Positions 20,942 to 29,884 of a stretch of DNA of 64,000 nt are shown here, one piece after another; the stretch's first letter is position 1, and every line of letters begins with the position of its first letter. The stretch spans positions 160,001 through 224,000 of the forward strand of contig CAVXTM010000016.1 in assembly GCA_963764725.1 (NCBI GenBank), in the 5' to 3' direction. The position numbers and the translations under genes were made by a program. Below the pieces are notes generated by a model that saw only the letters and a program-made list of their open reading frames with translations, was not told where the DNA came from and searched no databases. The stretch is from an uncultured Gammaproteobacteria bacterium (GTDB lineage Bacteria; Pseudomonadota; Gammaproteobacteria; JACCXJ01).

Positions 20942-21178
20942 ATGTCCAAATCGGCAAGCGATCTCCTCCAACGCATAACCACAGAGCCCGGCAAGTGCGG
21001 CGGGAAGCCGTGTATCCGGGGCATGCGAATCCGCGTGGTGGACGTGCTCGAACTGCTTGCGAATAACGTTTCGCCCGAGCAGATCCTGGCCGACTATCCC
21101 GACCTGGAGCCCGAAGACATCCAGGCAAGCTTGCTGTTCGCCGCTCAACGCGCCAATCACGCTCGGCTGGTGGCGTGA
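20942..21178 (+). CDS. DUF433 family antitoxin
   Basis: RIT.EPGKCGGKPCIRGMRIRV...ILADYPDLEPEDI. Confidence 0.9.
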   Translation: MSKSASDLLQRITTEPGKCGGKPCIRGMRIRVVDVLELLANNVSPEQILADYPDLEPEDIQASLLFAAQRANHARLVA

Positions 21179-21516
21179 GGTTCATTGTCGATGCGCAATT
21201 GCCGCCGGGGTTGGCGCGATACCTGGCTGACCGGTTTAACGTCCAAGCGAGCCATGTGCGGGAACTCGGCCTGAGAGATGCCGACGATCAAACCATCTTT
21301 CAGCATGCCAGGCAGACCTCGTCGATTGTCGTCACCAAAGATAGCGACTTCGTGGAACTTGTTTATCGACATGGCGCTCCTCCACAGATCGTCTGGGTGA
21401 CCTGCGGCAACACGACCAATGACAATCTCAACCGGATCTTTGCGGACACTTTCGCGAGCGCACTCCAACTCCTCGCCGCCGGCGAGACGCTGGTCGAGAT
21501 TACCGAAACCAGCTAG
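21175..21516 (+). CDS. DUF5615 PIN-like toxin (VapC45-like)
   Basis: MRFIVDAQLPP...ADDQTIF...VVTKDSDF; GTGA overlap with DUF433. Confidence 0.9.
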   Translation: MRFIVDAQLPPGLARYLADRFNVQASHVRELGLRDADDQTIFQHARQTSSIVVTKDSDFVELVYRHGAPPQIVWVTCGNTTNDNLNRIFADTFASALQLLAAGETLVEITETS

Positions 21517-21539
21517 CACCGCTGCCGTCCGGAAAGAGC

Positions 21540-21707
21540 TCACTGCTCAAACGCGAAAATCCGCTTCCAGTCGTTCTTCATGCTGATGACCGTCCAGCCC
21601 TGTTTCTTCGCCTCGTCGTACAGCGCCTGGGTGAAGGTGCCGACCTTGGTGTCGCGCAGGTTCTGCGCCGGGCCGTAGGCGTATTCGCGCTTGGCGCCGT
21701 CGTTGAA
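21540..21707 (-). pseudogene. C-terminal remnant of a HAD hydrolase paralog
   Basis: AKREYAYGPAQNLRDTKVGTFTQALYDEAKKQGWTVISMKNDWKRIFAFE is nearly identical to the end of 23797..24828. Confidence 0.9.
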
Positions 21708-23256
21708 TCAGTCGTTGCGGCCGGGCGTCTGTAACGCCTGCAACGCGGCATCCAGCGAGAAAGTGCCGCCCTTCTGGCTGGGCGGAAATTCCCTGAACGT
21801 GCCAATGAACTTGCCCCACGTATTGCTGCGCGGGCACGAGCAGGAAAATGTGCTCGACCCACCAGCGGTTCCAGTCCATGCCTTCCTGGTCTCCGATTTC
21901 GAACGGGTCGGATCGCAGATTGAAGATCTTCGGCGCGCGCAGCGTCTTGAACGGATTGCGCCAGACCGCTGCGCCGTGCGCGTTCTGCTCGGCGAAGACG
22001 ATCTTCCACTGGTCGTAACGCAACCCGACGAGCTGGCCGTCGTCGTTGAAATAGAAGAAATCATGGCGCGGGCTGGGCGACTTGCCGGCGAGCGCGTCGG
22101 TGATGTTGTAGCCGTCGAGATGGACCTTGAAGGTTTTGTTGCCGACCTGCATGCCCTTCCTGAGCTGCTCCTTCGCGTCGGGCACGCCGGCAGCCGCCAG
22201 CAGCGTCGGGAGCATGTCCTCGTGGGCGAAGATGTCGTTGAGCACGGTGCCGGGCTTGATGACGCCCGGCCAGCGAATGGCCGTCGGCACGCGATAGCCA
22301 CCTTCCCAGTTGGTGTTCTTCTCGCCGCGGAACGGCGATGTGCCACCGTCGGGCCAGGTGAATTTCTCCGCGCCGTTGTCGGTCGAGTACATCACGATGG
22401 TATTGCCGTCGAGGCCGAGCTCCTTGAGCGCGTCCAGGATCTGGCCGACGTGGGCGTCGTGCTCAACCATGCCGTCGGGATAGATGCCGAGGCCCGTCTT
22501 CCCACGGGCCGACTCCTTGAGCCGCGTCCAGATGTGCATGCGAGTCGAGTTCCACCAGAGGAAGAAGGGCTTGTCGGCCTTCTTCGCATCGGTCATGAAG
22601 CGGATCGTCTCTTTGGTGACCTCGTCGTCGATGGTCTCCATCCGCTTCTTGTCGAGCGCGCCCGTGCTCTCGATCTTCTGCGTGCCGTCGGGATTGGCCC
22701 AGGTGTGGATCACGCCGCGGGTGCCGAAGCGCTTGCGCAACTCCGGGTTCTTGAAGTAGTCCTCGTGCTCGGGCTCGTCTTCGGCGTTCAGGTGGTAGAG
22801 CGAGCCCTTGAACTCCTGGAAGCCGTGCACGGTGGGCAGGTGCTCGTCGAGGTCGCCCAAATGGTTCTTCCCGAACTGCCCGGTCGCGTAGCCCTGCGCC
22901 TTGAGCAGCTCGGCGATGGTGACGTCTCTCGCCTGAAGCCCTTCCTTGGCGCCGGGCAGGCCGACCTTCAGCAGGCCGGTGCGGTACGGCGACTGTCCGG
23001 TGATGAACGCGGCGCGTCCCGCGGTGCAGCTCTGCTGACCGTACCAGTCGGTGAACAGCGCGCCTTCCTTGGCGATGCGGTCGATGTTGGGCGTCCTGTA
23101 GCCCATCATCCCCTGGTTGTAGGCGCTGAGGTTCCAGTAGCCGATGTCGTCGCCCCAGATGACGAGGATGTTCGGCTTCTTCTGCTGGGCAAGCGCCGGC
23201 GCGCACGCGACGGCCGCGAGCACGATCGCAAGGAATTTTACAAGTGTCCTCGTCAT
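21708..23256 (-). CDS. Arylsulfatase 2 (Cys-type, exported), +1 frameshift ~21815
   Basis: KPNILVIWGDDIG, QQSCTAGR, FGKNHLGD, STDNG; true C-terminus EFPPSQKGGTFSLD is in ORF 21708..22346. Confidence 0.9.
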
Positions 23257-23341
23257 GGTGCTGACTCCTCAATTCGCGGGAATCCAGTTGCTGGTTGCAT
23301 TACATGAATATCTGATAATATGATACGGGTTAAATTTATTC

Positions 23342-23390
23342 CCCGCGGTCTTGCCGCGGGATCCTTAGCCATGGGGTTCATACCCCGTGG
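23342..23390. repeat. Two adjacent hairpins resembling IS200/IS605-type ends
   Basis: CCCGCGG-TCTTG-CCGCGGG and CCATGGGG-TTCATA-CCCCGTGG. Confidence 0.4.
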
Positions 23391-23439
23391 TGGCGAAATC
23401 AAATTGATTATCGTCGCGGGAATCCTCGAGGGAATCCAC

Positions 23440-23637
23440 ATGGCGGACAAGATCACTGCAACAGACGCGGCACGCAGGTTCTCGGAAGTCCTGAACCAGG
23501 TGCGTTATCAGGGCGCCGAGTTCGACATCGTTCGCGGCAAGGAAGTGGTTGCGCGGCTGGTGCCGGCAGCGCCGGCGGGAGGTGTCGCCCTCGATCGGCT
23601 CGACGAACTCGCGCGCGCGTCCACGCACGCCTCGTAA
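23440..23637 (+). CDS. Phd/YefM family antitoxin (C-terminus probably truncated)
   Basis: KITATDAARRFSEVLNQV...FDIVRGKEVVARLVP. Confidence 0.8.
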   Translation: MADKITATDAARRFSEVLNQVRYQGAEFDIVRGKEVVARLVPAAPAGGVALDRLDELARASTHAS

Positions 23638-23780
23638 GTTCGCTCGGACGTGGAATAACGCTCGGTTCGCTCGACCTCATCATCGGTGCCACAGCAATCC
23701 GCCACGGTTTTCCTGTGCTGACCACGAACGCCGCCGATTTCCGCCGTATGCCGGGCTGCACCGTGGAAGCCCTGGAATAG
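23612..23780 (+). pseudogene. VapC/PIN toxin C-terminal remnant
   Basis: ARVHARL...LGSLDLIIGATAIRHGFPVLTTNAADFRRMPG; N-terminal half missing. Confidence 0.75.
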
Positions 23781-23796
23781 CCTTGCCTTCCGTCCG

Positions 23797-24828
23797 CTAC
23801 TCGAACGCGAAGATCTTCTTCCAGTCGTTCTTCATGCTGATGACGGTCCAGCCCTTCTTCTTCGCCTCGTCATAGAGCGCCTGGGTAAAGGTGCCGACCT
23901 TGGTATCTGGGAGCCCGTGTGCAGGTCCGTACGCATACTCACGTTTTGCATCGTCGTGCAGTACGAGCATCGCAAGGCGCGCGCCGTCACCGGCTTTCGT
24001 GTACTCGAGCATCTGCTGGTCGCCGGTCGAGTTGCCGAACGCCACGTGTGGTTGCCGTCCGATCATCAAGTGGATGCCCTCGGGCTTGCCGGCGTTGTTG
24101 TCGTTCAACAGCAGCTTCGGCTCTTTGGTCAGGAACGGCTTGCCGCTCTTGTCGTAGCCGTATTTCGTCCCGCCGGCGGTGCCGACCACTTGCTCGGGCG
24201 GAATGCCGTAGGTCGCTCCCGAGTAGACGCGCACGAAATCCTGGCCGCCGCCGGTAACGATGTAGGTCTTGTAGCCGTTGGCGCGCAGGTACTTGAGCAC
24301 CTCCTGCATGGGCTGGTAGGTGAGCTCGGTATAGGGTCGCTTCCAACGCGGATCCTTCGCCTCCGAGATCCACTTCGTGGCCTCGGCGTTGAACTGATCG
24401 ACCGACATGCCGGTCAACGTCGCGGCGAGGATCTTGAACAGGTCGTCCTTCGGCAGTTTCGCGATCGCTTCGCGGTTACCCGACAGCACGGTCTTGAACG
24501 GCTCGACCTTCGCGAGCTCCGGCTTCGCCTTCACGACGGCCGGCAGCCGATCGAGGCAGTACATCACCTGCGAGTACATCGGATGTTCGACCCACAATGT
24601 GCCGTCCTGGTCGAAGGTGGCGATGCGCTCCGCCGGCGGCACGAACTTCGGGCTCCCCTGCGTCGTGGTCGTCCGCACGAACTCGACGATCGCCTTCTTG
24701 GCCGGACCGTCGTTCCAGGAGGGTAGCGGATCGGTCTGGGCGTGCGCTTGCACGGCCACGAACAGCAGGGTGCAGAGTGCCAAACCAACTGCACGACGCC
24801 ACTGGAAAAAAGCTCTTGCAAATCTCAT
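23797..24828 (-). CDS. Exported HAD family hydrolase (acid phosphatase-like)
   Basis: DPLPSWNDG, FDQDGTLWVE, IVTGGGQDF, FGNSTGDQQML; signal peptide and RBS at 24828. Confidence 0.9.
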   Translation of the reverse strand: MRFARAFFQWRRAVGLALCTLLFVAVQAHAQTDPLPSWNDGPAKKAIVEFVRTTTTQGSPKFVPPAERIATFDQDGTLWVEHPMYSQVMYCLDRLPAVVKAKPELAKVEPFKTVLSGNREAIAKLPKDDLFKILAATLTGMSVDQFNAEATKWISEAKDPRWKRPYTELTYQPMQEVLKYLRANGYKTYIVTGGGQDFVRVYSGATYGIPPEQVVGTAGGTKYGYDKSGKPFLTKEPKLLLNDNNAGKPEGIHLMIGRQPHVAFGNSTGDQQMLEYTKAGDGARLAMLVLHDDAKREYAYGPAHGLPDTKVGTFTQALYDEAKKKGWTVISMKNDWKKIFAFE

Positions 24829-24868
24829 CGAAGTCTCTCCTCTTGCCCCTCGCATGAAAACCACCGAG

Positions 24869-24897
24869 AAAAACGGGCGCCCGCGATAGGGCGCCCG
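24869..24897 (-). terminator. Rho-independent terminator after arylsulfatase 3
   Basis: CGGGCGCCC-N6-GGGCGCCCG followed by TTTTT on the minus strand. Confidence 0.7.
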
Positions 24898-24927
24898 CTC
24901 CGTCACTTCATGCTCGTTCACAGGCAG

Positions 24928-26640
24928 CTAGTCGCTCCCGCCACCGGCATTGGCCTTCTTGACCTGCTCCAGGATCCCACTGAGGTTGTAGGTCTCGGGA
25001 GCCTGCAGCGGCGGGAACTTCTCGTACGACATCAGTTCCTTCATCCACAGCTGCTGGCCGATGGGCAGCATGTTCCAGTCGTACTGGAAGGCGGTCTGCG
25101 GGGCGCCGAGCGCGCCGCCCAAGCTCATCGCCGACTTCTGGTCGATGCCGACCGCCTGCTCGAAGGGATCGCGCTTGATGTTCTGGACCAAGGTGAAGTG
25201 GAAGGGCACGAGCGGCATGATCCAGCCGGCCGGTCCGGGCTGCGACATGTTGTAGTACATCTTCCAGTTCTTGTAGCGGACCGCGGACGGCGTCGACCCC
25301 GAGAAGTAGAAGAAGTAGTCGCGCGCCGACTTGTCGGTCTTGCCCTCGAGGAAGTCGCGCTGGTTGACGCCGTCGAGCGTGGTCTTGACGATGCCCGGAT
25401 ACTTGCCCGCCTCGATCTGTTCCTTCAGCTCGTCGCCGCTGGGGCCGCCGGCGATGTCGACCAAGGTCGGCACCCAGTCGAGGGCGGCGAAGAGCTGGCT
25501 GTGCACCGTGCCCGGCTCGATGACGCCCTTCCAGCGGATCACCATCGGCGCGCGGTAGCCGCCTTCCCAGGCCTCGCCCTTCTGGCCTTTGAACGGCGTG
25601 ATGCCGCCATCGGGGAAGCTGATCGTCTCGGCGCCGTTGTCGGTGGTGAAGACGACGATGGTGTTGTCGAGCTGGTCCATGTCCTCGAGCTTCTTCAGCA
25701 CGAGGCCGATGTTGTCGTCCATCTGCTTCATGCCGGCTTCGTTGACGCCCCAGTCCTTGCCGCCCCGCGTGCCCAGCATGGCCTCGTACTTCGGCGACAG
25801 CATGGTCACAACGTGCATGCGCGCCGGGTTGTACCAGACGAAGAAGGGCTTGTCGGTTTTCTTCGGGTCGTTGCGGTCGAGGAAGTCGATGACCTTGGCG
25901 GAGATCTCCTCGTCCACGGTCCTCGACCGGTCCAGCGTCAGCGGCCCCTCGTCCTTGCAGGTCTGGTTCTTCTCGGTGCCGTCGGAGGAGGTGCAGAAGA
26001 GCACCGGCCGCGGCGGTGTCAGACACGTGGTGGTCCGGGGGTCGACGGCGCCCGGAACCTCGGCAACGCCGGGGATCGGCGTGTTCTTGCACGGCGGAGC
26101 GACGCCCTGCTCCGTCGGCGTCTTGTTGATGTCGGGGAAGCTCACCTGCTGCATCGCGTCGAGGTGGTACAGGTAGCCCCAGTACTCCTGGAAGCCGTGC
26201 GCCGTCGGCAGGGCCGCGGTGTGGTCGCCCAGGTGGTTCTTGCCGAACTCGCCGGTGTTGTACCCGAGATCGAGCAGGAACTTGGCGAGCGCCGGGGTGC
26301 CGGGCCGCAGGTAGGAGGGGCTGCCCGGGAGCTGCGGCGGGATCATGCCCGTGCGCAGCGGGTACATGCCGGTGAAGAAGGCGTTGCGCCCGGAAGTGCA
26401 GCTCTGCATGGCGACGTAGTCGACGAACATCGCGCCTTCTTTGCCGATGCGGTCGATGTTCGGCGTCTCACCGACCATCAGGCCGCGGTGGTAGATGCTC
26501 GGCTGCATCCAGCCGATGTCATCGCCCATGATGAAGAGGATGTTGGGTTTGTCCGCCGCAAAGGCTGGCGACGCCGCCGAGAACATCCCGACGGATAGCG
26601 CCGCCAGGGCGCTCGGTGTAATTTTCTTTCTAGGTTTCAT
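24928..26640 (-). CDS. Arylsulfatase 3 (Cys-type, exported), intact
   Basis: KPNILFIMGDDIG, MQSCTSGR, FGKNHLGD, TTDNG. Confidence 0.95.
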   Translation of the reverse strand: MKPRKKITPSALAALSVGMFSAASPAFAADKPNILFIMGDDIGWMQPSIYHRGLMVGETPNIDRIGKEGAMFVDYVAMQSCTSGRNAFFTGMYPLRTGMIPPQLPGSPSYLRPGTPALAKFLLDLGYNTGEFGKNHLGDHTAALPTAHGFQEYWGYLYHLDAMQQVSFPDINKTPTEQGVAPPCKNTPIPGVAEVPGAVDPRTTTCLTPPRPVLFCTSSDGTEKNQTCKDEGPLTLDRSRTVDEEISAKVIDFLDRNDPKKTDKPFFVWYNPARMHVVTMLSPKYEAMLGTRGGKDWGVNEAGMKQMDDNIGLVLKKLEDMDQLDNTIVVFTTDNGAETISFPDGGITPFKGQKGEAWEGGYRAPMVIRWKGVIEPGTVHSQLFAALDWVPTLVDIAGGPSGDELKEQIEAGKYPGIVKTTLDGVNQRDFLEGKTDKSARDYFFYFSGSTPSAVRYKNWKMYYNMSQPGPAGWIMPLVPFHFTLVQNIKRDPFEQAVGIDQKSAMSLGGALGAPQTAFQYDWNMLPIGQQLWMKELMSYEKFPPLQAPETYNLSGILEQVKKANAGGGSD

Positions 26641-26815
26641 GTTGTTGACTCCTCCTGTATTGTAAAGCTTTATTGTAAAGCTCGCGGAAGCGAATCACTC
26701 CTGCGGTCCCCGGGTCGCTTGGGCGGCGCGCGGCTGGAGAGGTGAGGATAAGCCGAGACAGCCGCCCGCTGATCGATGCGCCGGACCGGCGGCCCGCCCG
26801 TTGCGGCGTGATCGA

Positions 26816-26844
26816 AGGATAGGGTTTTCAACGGGGACTTGCAA
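26816..26844 (-). promoter_or_regulatory. Promoter family B: TTGCAA-gtcccCGTTGAAaaccc-TATCCT
   Basis: 17-bp spacer containing CGTTGAA, about 175 bp upstream of arylsulfatase 3. Confidence 0.7.
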
Positions 26845-26893
26845 TTGACGGCAATGGACAATGCTTGGTCTTACGGGCCGGACGGTGATTTGG

Positions 26894-28633
26894 CTACGAG
26901 AGATCTTCATCGGCTTTGAACACGTGAGCCAGCGCCGCCAGGGTGACCACCCCGACGAGATCCTCCGCCCGCCGGGAGTCCGGATTGCGCGATACCAGGA
27001 TGAGCTCGGCCTCCGCCTCCCACAAGGCGCCCGCGGCCGCCAGAAGCGTGGCTTGTTCCCCCACCACCACGTAGCGCAGGGAGCGGGCGGCAGACTCGAC
27101 AGCGGTCGAGCCTGGCTCAGCGCCCGACTGCCTTGTCACTCCGGAAATCGCGGCGTCCTCCGAATGCACAATGATCGCGGCGCCCGTTGGAATTTCGCCA
27201 CCTTCGGGAACGACAGCGAAATCTGTTGTCATCAGATCCTGGATTCGCTGGGAAGTCAGCACCGACGCGTGCAATCCCTGCGGCACCGAGTGGCCACGCG
27301 CGCGCAGCTTCATCGTGTAGATGCTGTCGTCCATGATCCATTTGCGCACGGCGTAGGCGACCGAGCAGGTGATGACCAGGGGGAGCATGATGGAATAATC
27401 CTTGGTCATCTCGGAAAGCATGATGATGCCTGTGAGCACGGCCCCGGTTGACCCGCCGATCGCCGCCGCCATTCCGGCGATGGCGAAAGTGGGGATGGCA
27501 ATGTTGAGGCCGGGCATCAATGCCTGACAAAGATACCCGAACGCCGCACCACCGGCCGCGCCCATGAACAACGCCGGGGAGAAGACGCCGCCGGACGCAC
27601 CGGAACCGAGTGACAGGCAGGTCGCCAGAAGTTTCAGCGCCGCCAGCAGGAGCAGGAACCATGGGGAGGTCAACGATCCCTGGAGTATCTCCATGATGGT
27701 CGCGTAACCGACGCCTTCGACATAGTAGTGGCCGGCGTGGCGCATGAGCAGAAACATCATCACGCCGACGCAGAGCATGCCCAGCGCGTGGCGCGTGTAG
27801 TAATTGCCGGGAATGGCCTCGAAGACGTCCTCCATCCAGTAGAGTCCGCGGATGAAGGCGACAGACAGTAGCCCCATCAAGGCGCCCAGGACAAGGAACA
27901 CGGCCAGCCCCCAAGACTGCATCAACTGGAAGTCGGGCCTCTCCAGCGCCGGGACGTAAAAGGAGGGATCGGTTCCCAGAAGCAAGTGGCTGATCCGAGT
28001 CGCCACCACGGTCGCCATCGTCACCAGCAGGAGATTGCGCGCGTTGATGGACACCAGCAAAAGCTCGAGGGCGAAGACGATGCCGCCGAGCGGCGCGTTG
28101 AACGTCGCCGCGATCCCGGCCCCCGCTCCGGCCGCGATGAGCGTCACCCGATCGCTGGTCCGCATCGGAATCAGCGAGCCCAGCGTCGAGCCGAAGGCGG
28201 AGCCAATCTGGACAATCGGCCCCTCGCGTCCCACCGAGCCGCCGCTGCCGATCGAAACCGCCGAGGCCAGCGACTTGACCACCGCGACCCGAGGGCGGAT
28301 TCGGCCCTGGTTGTAGTAGATGGCGTCCATGACTTCCGGCACGCCATGCCCTTTGGCTTCGGGCGCGAAATTCTTCACCAGCCACGCCACCACCAGCGCA
28401 CCGGCGACGGGAACCAGCACGACGCCGACACCCCAGGGGCTGGCAGGTGTGTACACGTTGGCGTCATAGGAGAAAACCAACTGACCGAGAAAGAGCACGT
28501 TGTGGACGAATCCGATCAACATGCGAAAACCCCAGGCGCCAAAACCGGCAACAACCCCAACGGCGATCGCCATGATCATCATCAACGGGAGGCCGCGCTT
28601 CGGAGCCTTCGCGCGCCCGACCTCGTCAGCCAT
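26894..28633 (-). CDS. ClC family chloride channel/transporter with degenerate CBS region
   Basis: GHGVPE, GREGP, FNAPLGG, GGVFSP, SIYT. Confidence 0.9.
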   Translation of the reverse strand: MADEVGRAKAPKRGLPLMMIMAIAVGVVAGFGAWGFRMLIGFVHNVLFLGQLVFSYDANVYTPASPWGVGVVLVPVAGALVVAWLVKNFAPEAKGHGVPEVMDAIYYNQGRIRPRVAVVKSLASAVSIGSGGSVGREGPIVQIGSAFGSTLGSLIPMRTSDRVTLIAAGAGAGIAATFNAPLGGIVFALELLLVSINARNLLLVTMATVVATRISHLLLGTDPSFYVPALERPDFQLMQSWGLAVFLVLGALMGLLSVAFIRGLYWMEDVFEAIPGNYYTRHALGMLCVGVMMFLLMRHAGHYYVEGVGYATIMEILQGSLTSPWFLLLLAALKLLATCLSLGSGASGGVFSPALFMGAAGGAAFGYLCQALMPGLNIAIPTFAIAGMAAAIGGSTGAVLTGIIMLSEMTKDYSIMLPLVITCSVAYAVRKWIMDDSIYTMKLRARGHSVPQGLHASVLTSQRIQDLMTTDFAVVPEGGEIPTGAAIIVHSEDAAISGVTRQSGAEPGSTAVESAARSLRYVVVGEQATLLAAAGALWEAEAELILVSRNPDSRRAEDLVGVVTLAALAHVFKADEDLS

Positions 28634-28712
28634 CACGCGCGTCCCGATCCTGCGCGACATGGGTTGTGGACGGGAAGAACTATCGGTCGTTGCGGAGCCC
28701 GGCCCTCTGACC

Positions 28713-28997
28713 CTATTCCCGATCCATTTGCTGTTCAATGGAATCCAGCTGGCCCGAATCGTTGAAGTGCAGGACATAGATCCCCTGCCCCACATCCGAA
28801 CGGTCATAGATCCAGTTGTCGCCATCCTTCGACGTCGGCTGCCCGCATTTATCCAGGATCTGTTGCGTGACCTGTCCGTCCAGCTGGTCGTCGGTGATGA
28901 TGGCTTGGCCACAGGTCATGGAGCCGGCCTGCGCGGTCCCACTAAGCAGCAGTCCCGTGAATCCGGCGATATAACGATATCGGATTTTCATAGTCAT
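28713..28997 (-). CDS. Small secreted DUF2845-like protein
   Basis: AQAGSMTCG..II...ILDKCGQP...WIYD. Confidence 0.7.
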   Translation of the reverse strand: MTMKIRYRYIAGFTGLLLSGTAQAGSMTCGQAIITDDQLDGQVTQQILDKCGQPTSKDGDNWIYDRSDVGQGIYVLHFNDSGQLDSIEQQMDRE

Positions 28998-29136
28998 TTC
29001 TCCGTTGTTGTTTGACTACTGATAAGTGCCCAGGATTTCGGATGAAGGTGATCTTTGCGTGAAATCGCGATCGTGCGTTCGCACTCTCGTCCAAGTTTAG
29101 AGGTTTCGGCTCCTCGGCAAGATCTATGGGTATTCC

Positions 29137-29172
29137 GTTAACTCCCTCTCCCACCGGGCGGGGGTGAGGGGA
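29137..29172 (-). repeat. CCCCTCACCCC/GGGAGAGGG-type palindromic repeat, partial, downstream of DUF559
   Basis: Reverse complement TCCCCTCACCCCCGCCCGGTGGGAGAGGGAGTTAAC matches 29509..29591. Confidence 0.75.
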
Positions 29173-29497
29173 TATCCAGCAAGGCAGCGCGAATACTCTC
29201 CAACACGGCGTCAGGATCTCCAAGCACTTCATGATTCCAAAATCGAAGCACGCGATAACCCAATACCTTGAGATAGTCAGTCCGTCGCAAGTCGTTCGAG
29301 ACCTGTTCGGCATGCTGGCCACCATCGACCTCGATGACAACTTTGGGCTCCAAGCAGAGGAAATCCACGACGTAGGGGCCAAGGACCTGTTGACGTCGAA
29401 ACTTGACGCCGTCGAGTCGTCAACCGCGCAATCGACTCCACAAGCACCGCTCCGCCTCGGTCGAATTCTTCCGCAGCGTCCGGGCCAGACTGTTCAT
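29138..29497 (-). pseudogene. DUF559 (Vsr-like) endonuclease with an in-frame TGA at 29420-29422
   Basis: ARTLRKNSTEAERCLWSRLRG*RLDGVKFRRQ..LGPYVVDF...IEVDGGQH...GYRVLRFWN. Confidence 0.85.
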
Positions 29498-29508
29498 CGG
29501 TCTCTCTA

Positions 29509-29607
29509 TCCCCTCACCCCTGCCCTCTCCCGAAAGGAGAGGGAGTAAACTGTGGCGCACTTACCTCTCCCGGGTGGGAGAGGGAGTTAACCGTGGCGCA
29601 CTTACCT
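29509..29607 (+). repeat. CCCTCTCCC-N-GGGAGAGGG palindromes in a ~40-bp tandem duplication
   Basis: Units 29524..29563 and 29564..29604. Confidence 0.8.
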
Positions 29608-29774
29608 TGCCTCGAAATCTAGAACCCGAAAACTCGTGGCCAGGCCCAGATTATCATGCGATCGTTGCCAGACCGTCCCTCTACTGATCCACAACTTCTG
29701 CGGAAGAGGCGGGATTTTAAACGCCCTTTTTTTCTGAGATGCACGGTACTGCTGGGTTAGGGAGTTGTCAAACA

Positions 29775-29803
29775 TTGCGATACCGCGTTGAATATCCTAT
29801 CCT
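29775..29803 (+). promoter_or_regulatory. Promoter family B: TTGCGA-taccgCGTTGAAtatcc-TATCCT
   Basis: 17-bp spacer containing CGTTGAA, upstream of the outer-membrane protein gene. Confidence 0.7.
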
Positions 29804-29884
29804 CCAACGCAGCGCGGCTTGCCCATTGGACCCGGGCACGAACACCGGCTGTAAGCCAAAATTTCATAGCACATTGGTACTATC

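Noticed and set aside
21547-23256. 569-aa sulfatase ORF with a novel C-terminus
   Set aside because: A frameshift near 21815 runs it out of frame through the true end and the HAD remnant.
16928-26598. Long antisense ORFs (16928..18622, 21691..23307, 24742..26598)
   Set aside because: Shadow ORFs typical of high-GC coding DNA, with no recognisable motifs.
26894-28912. Long N-terminal extensions in the ORF track (ClC, 46734..48233, 43140..43847, 41618..43330, 55054..56067)
   Set aside because: They overlap other genes or remnants; downstream starts with an RBS or signal peptide fit better.
29509-29607. Possible CRISPR mini-array
   Set aside because: Only two units, the intervening sequence is also duplicated (no unique spacers), and no cas genes are present.
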